From: Podarcis pityusensis
Taxonomy: Eukaryota
Reading direction: 5' to 3' (one strand)
NCBI GenBank assembly: GCA_964106645.2
Contig: OZ067043.1
DNA length: 64,000 nucleotides
In this document: in pieces, positions 59,688 to 64,000 of the stretch
Layout of the letters: each line of letters begins with the position of its first letter
How positions within the stretch are numbered: position 1 is the stretch's first letter
Notes under the pieces: model-generated
Database searches by the model: none
What the model was told of the DNA's origin: nothing
Seen by the model: the letters and a program-made list of their open reading frames with translations, nothing else
Made by a program: the position numbers and the translations under genes

Positions 59688-62600
59688 GAGTGGGGGAAGG
59701 ATGTTGACTGCAACTAAATGGTGGGTTGGGGGAAGATTTTGACTGAATGAGTGAAGGGAAATGGATCATTGCAGGGAGGAAAGAGTTAGGTGGGATTAGT
59801 ATCTGTCCTTATTTCTGTGATGTGCCGGTGGTATGGGTATGTCTTCAGCAACATCCACACTTAGCTTTTGCCCTTCTTTCCAGGCACAGGTCCACACTTA
59901 AAAGGTCTGTTTGTTTCCTTATTTTTGTCATGGAGCTTTCCCCATGAAAACCCGTTCTTTTTCACTCAGAGCAAACATCAATTTGGGTTTCCTCAGATTA
60001 CCGTTTGCTCTGATTCAGCTTAAAAGGGCAAGTTTTCATGGAGGAAGCTCCAGAACAATGACAGAAAAGGGCGCTCAGACACAGAGCTTTTAAGTGCAGA
60101 CCATGCCAGGAAAGAGCAGAGGAAAAGTAAGTGTGAATAAACCCTGGAGGAGGAGTCCGCAGGATAGTTCCTGTGCAGGGAAAGGAGGACTCTGGGTTGC
60201 ATGTTCAGAAAGCAAGCATTTTTTAATGCCTGAGATAGGGCTTTAATGATTTAAATGATAGCAAATGATAAAAACTCCATTTTCCTGTCTTAGTATATCT
60301 GTATAACTAGATTAAGAGGAGATGATTTAGCAAAAGACCCTTCCTGGTCCAGTGATAGGAAGGTAGAAATTAGTAGTAACTGCTCCGTGTCTGTCAGTCA
60401 CTTCTAAGTGGTGTGAGTTCATTTCTCAGTTTCATAAGTAATCCAAGGAGGGGAACAAGAGGCTAGGGATCAAGTTAGGGAACAATAGGCATGTGACAGG
60501 GATAGTGACTATGGAACATGTAGGCAACATTTCAGGGTACAGCACACTGCTTCTGTGACTGGAAGCTCAGCCATCTGTTCCGCTCACAGACTATTTTGTA
60601 TCTAAAACAAATTGATCCAGTAAGAGGCCTGACATGATGCATATGCCTAAGAGAAAAAACAGCACTTAATTTGCAGAACACCATATATCAGATAACCATT
60701 GCTGAGTGAAATCTTATATCATGCCGTAGCCTTAGTATAAAAAACAACAACTTCAAGACCATGTTCCAGTGTACTTGTCAGCTACTAAACTCTGTAGCAC
60801 TTCCCTTGGAACTTTTCACCATGTTGAAAAGTGGGGTGAGCAAGTAACAATACATTTTGCAGCTGGTGCCTTTAAATTGTCAAGCTTGGAAGCATTGCTG
60901 AAGTTTGTTCTCAGAATCCCCTCTCCATGTGGGAAAGTTTGCTTTGTGTCTTTCTGGATGAGAGGGGCTTTCCCCCTCAGTTCTGCCATAGGGCTTCGAA
61001 TATTTCTGAAATGGTGTCCTAGCCCTTTATTCTGGTTATCTGAAGGCATTCCTCATTGCCTCCCCCCCCCCCCCCAATGTACGTTCTGAATTTGCTCCAA
61101 CATTTCCCGTCTCTGTGTGCCATAAAGCTTGTGTGCCCAGACTGGATGTGTATCATTTCAGCCATTGTTGGCACACAGAGGGAAAAATTATTCCCCTCAT
61201 TCTGTTCTTGCCTCATGTCCTGAGTGAGTAAATTTTCAAAGCTGTCACACTTAATAACGTGGTCCTTGTAGGCTGTTGTCTTCCTCCCCCCCCCCCCGCC
61301 CTTGCCTTTCTCTCCCTAGCGCTTGCCTGAGCTGGGTTTCGCTCTGCTGTTGCCATGGCTTTCTGAGTGGTCACAGCAACAGCCACGCAGTGCTTTCGGA
61401 TTTGTTACCATCTCCTCAGTCACCTATAGTTTTCCTTTCCTTTCAGCGTATAGAGAGGGAGAGGGGAGGTGGGGAGAGAGGCAATCCTGCCTTGTTCACA
61501 CGGAAACTGTTCCAGTGCTGTCATTCAAAAGCCTCCTGCTTTCCAAGAAGGGGGATTAATTTGGCTAGATACAGGCGTGTCTGGCACGTAGGCTGAAACT
61601 AGGGTGGGGGGAGAAGGGGTTTCAACGTGCTGAACAGTCACTGGCTAGGCTGGTTGCTAGGTGCTGGAGGCTATGGGCGTCAGGGATTCCTCAGTGTTCA
61701 GTGACTGGGGCCATGTGCAGCCAACAGGCCAGGTTGCTAAGCAGTTTTCACAGGATCTGATGAAAAAGCAGTTCTTTGTGCTGTGTCAGCCCCATGCTTC
61801 CCTCCCAGTTGCATTGTGTGGGGGTTGTGTGTATGGAGGGGGGGGGTAAGTATAGTGAGGGGAAGGCTTCTTTTTTCCTTTCAGTTTAGTATCCAGATTC
61901 TTGGGCAAATGGCCAACAAATGCTCCTTGCTGGGGGACTATAAATATAACCTGTTGTTAGGCTTGCCAGATTAACCATTCAAAAACACATGGCTGCTTTT
62001 AGTCTCTTCTGCAGAGCTGTTTGGAATCTGGGTAAAGGGCATACATTGTACTCTCTGTGGCTGGTCTGTTTTTGAAATAAGGGACACTTTCTCAAAATAA
62101 GAGACATTTGGTAGGGTGCCCACCTTTGCAAACTGGAAATTCGGGCACCCTAATTTGTGTATTTAGTCTTATGCAAATTTATTCCCATTTTAAATAGCAC
62201 ATTGCCCCTTTGAGACTAGACATTTTAGAATGAAGTGTTTTCCTTCCAACTTGCCCAGTCTCTTGCACCATCTTTTGACTTAATAAAACTGGCAAATGCA
62301 ACAGCAGAACAGGCAGGTATAGTGACAGCTTGCTAGGAGAAACTGCAGAATGAAATTGGCTGGTTGTTTAGGATAAGCAGATACTGAGTGGCTGCCTTGG
62401 GCTGTGTACTCCCATTTACTCTGCACCCTGGGCACTACCACCACTGGCTTGGGAAGTGGTGTACGTATAACGGTAGCCACAATCCATATTTAATCTGTAT
62501 CTGCTGTTTTGTTTCATATGAAATATATGTGCAAAGCCAGCTTCAATCAGAATTGAGAAAAAGAATGATCTAGCTGTGTTTTTAAGTTGGTAATATGTAC

Positions 62601-63617
62601 ACTACCGTGGTGTCTGCAATAGATGCAGGCAAGGTTGGATTTGGGTTACAAAAGTGGTGTAGTGGAGCAGCATCAGGCAGGGACCATGCGTTGCCACTCA
62701 TTTCACAGTGGGGACAATGTTGTCATCTCCTGGAGGCACTGTTTGCCAGTCCTCGGCATACCAAATAAAGAAATATTTCTCAGAGAGAAATCCACCAAAT
62801 CACCTAAGCAGAAGAATAGGTAGTTGGCATTACCATGCACAGCTATGGATTAAACTGGATTTTTCATTTTGAAGAATTCCAAACTTTATAATGACCAACC
62901 AGAATGTCAGAATATAATGAACAAACTTTTGAGTCTACCAACACTCTTCATCAGGCTAGATGTTAATTAAAGCAGGATAGAAGGGGAAGCTGACATACTA
63001 GTATTAAGACCTTAGTGTCTTCATTGGTCAAAAGTTCATTTTTGTTGTATAGTCTTAGCAGGGATATGGCTATGGGGGCGATCATCATGATGAGTGACTG
63101 AACTGCAGAACTGACCACTACACTACTAGTTTCATCTGCACTTTGCATGCACTGCATCATGACGATTCCAGATTCACTGCCCCCCTTACTGCCCTGACCT
63201 TGTAGACAACCACCATGTTGTGGATCTTTAGTCTCTTCCTCTTTTGCTTGTCTCGGTGTACTTGGTCCTCAGGCCCCAAGAGGTCATGGTTGTTGCTTAG
63301 CATTTAGATCTTGCAGATGAGACTTTGTTCCAATAATCAGCCAGCTGCTCTCGTACACACCCACACACCGTTTCCATAAGCAGCCTACTTTTGTGAGCAG
63401 TATAACGAGAGCAGCAAACTCATTCAAGATCACCTGCTCCCTTATGTAAGCTGGAAGATTGTCATGCGCTGATTTCTTGCCCAGTTCATGGAAAAGGAAC
63501 TGCAGTCTCAGGGTTCAATGGACTGTCACTTTGTTCTACCGTCAGCTGCACTGTCATCTGGCTGTTAAGCCCTGTCCTAGGAGGTTCTGGTAGAATAAAA
63601 GCAAATACTGAAGCTTT

Positions 63618-63752
63618 GTGAAGCACCTTAAAGACTAATAAATTTATGAGGGCATGAGCTTTTATGGAGTAAAGTCCACTTCATCAGATTCTTATGTCCT
63701 AGTAAGAATCTGTTAGTCTAAAAGACAGTGGTTTCTGCTGTAACAGTCCAAC
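63618..63752. mobile_element. Penelope-like element terminal repeat fragment
   Basis: gcaccttaaagactaa...tgagcttt...ccacttcatcagat followed by inverted tgttagtct. A second Penelope-like family occurs at about 44790-44870, 45310-45360 (inverted) and 62884-62965. Confidence 0.6.
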
Positions 63753-64000
63753 CTCTCTGGTAGACTAGTGATTTACTAGATCAACTGTTAACGTGGGATG
63801 TGTAGACTGTGCAAGTCTGTCCAGTGGAAAGCCTTGCACAGTGATATTTTCCAAACCACACATCTGCAACTGTTTAAATTACAGTTTAATTATCTCCTCT
63901 ATGTACTGTTCACCTGTGTGAATGGCTTTATTGTGGCTTTCCCCATATTCTACTGAAAATCAGGATTCTGTGGAGTTCAAATAAGGGCAGGAGCAAAAGA

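Noticed and set aside
59230-59742. Overlapping 79-156 aa ORFs on both strands
   Set aside because: Stop-poor GC-rich interior of a TSD-bounded hAT element; no transposase or other recognisable motifs
61346-61383. GCTGTTGC...GCAACAGC inverted repeat and partial RFX X-box
   Set aside because: Only 8 bp pair well and the second X-box half-site is poor; insufficient for a miRNA or regulatory call
23313-63160. Numerous 60-130 aa ORFs in the intergenic region
   Set aside because: No homology I can recognise, no consistent exon structure, and many overlap repeats or microsatellites; consistent with random ORFs

Overview
This is vertebrate genomic DNA, almost certainly a lacertid lizard: it carries two Podarcis-type Sauria SINEs, BovB, squamate-type L2/CR1/Penelope fragments and lizard hAT/Tc1 MITEs. 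Bases 6-20940 (+) hold the last 17 coding exons of MAST2 (AGC-family Ser/Thr kinase domain, PDZ domain, long terminal exon). All 16 introns are GT-AG with consistent phases, and the stop is at 20938-20940. A likely polyA signal is at 21500. In the remaining ~43 kb I recognise no protein-coding exon; it is repeat-rich intergenic DNA with two solo LTRs, several TSD-bounded MITEs, SINEs, microsatellites and a few candidate regulatory motifs. I found no convincing novel multi-gene system. The most notable observations are a BovB insertion with an inverted 5' end (twin-priming-like), an apparent 6-nt splice-donor shift in MAST2, a 62-bp-arm hairpin, a hAT element carrying NRF1 palindromes, an in-frame internal donor in one MAST2 exon, and the apparent absence of PIK3R3 directly downstream. 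Repeat-family names and human comparisons are from recall, not database searches.
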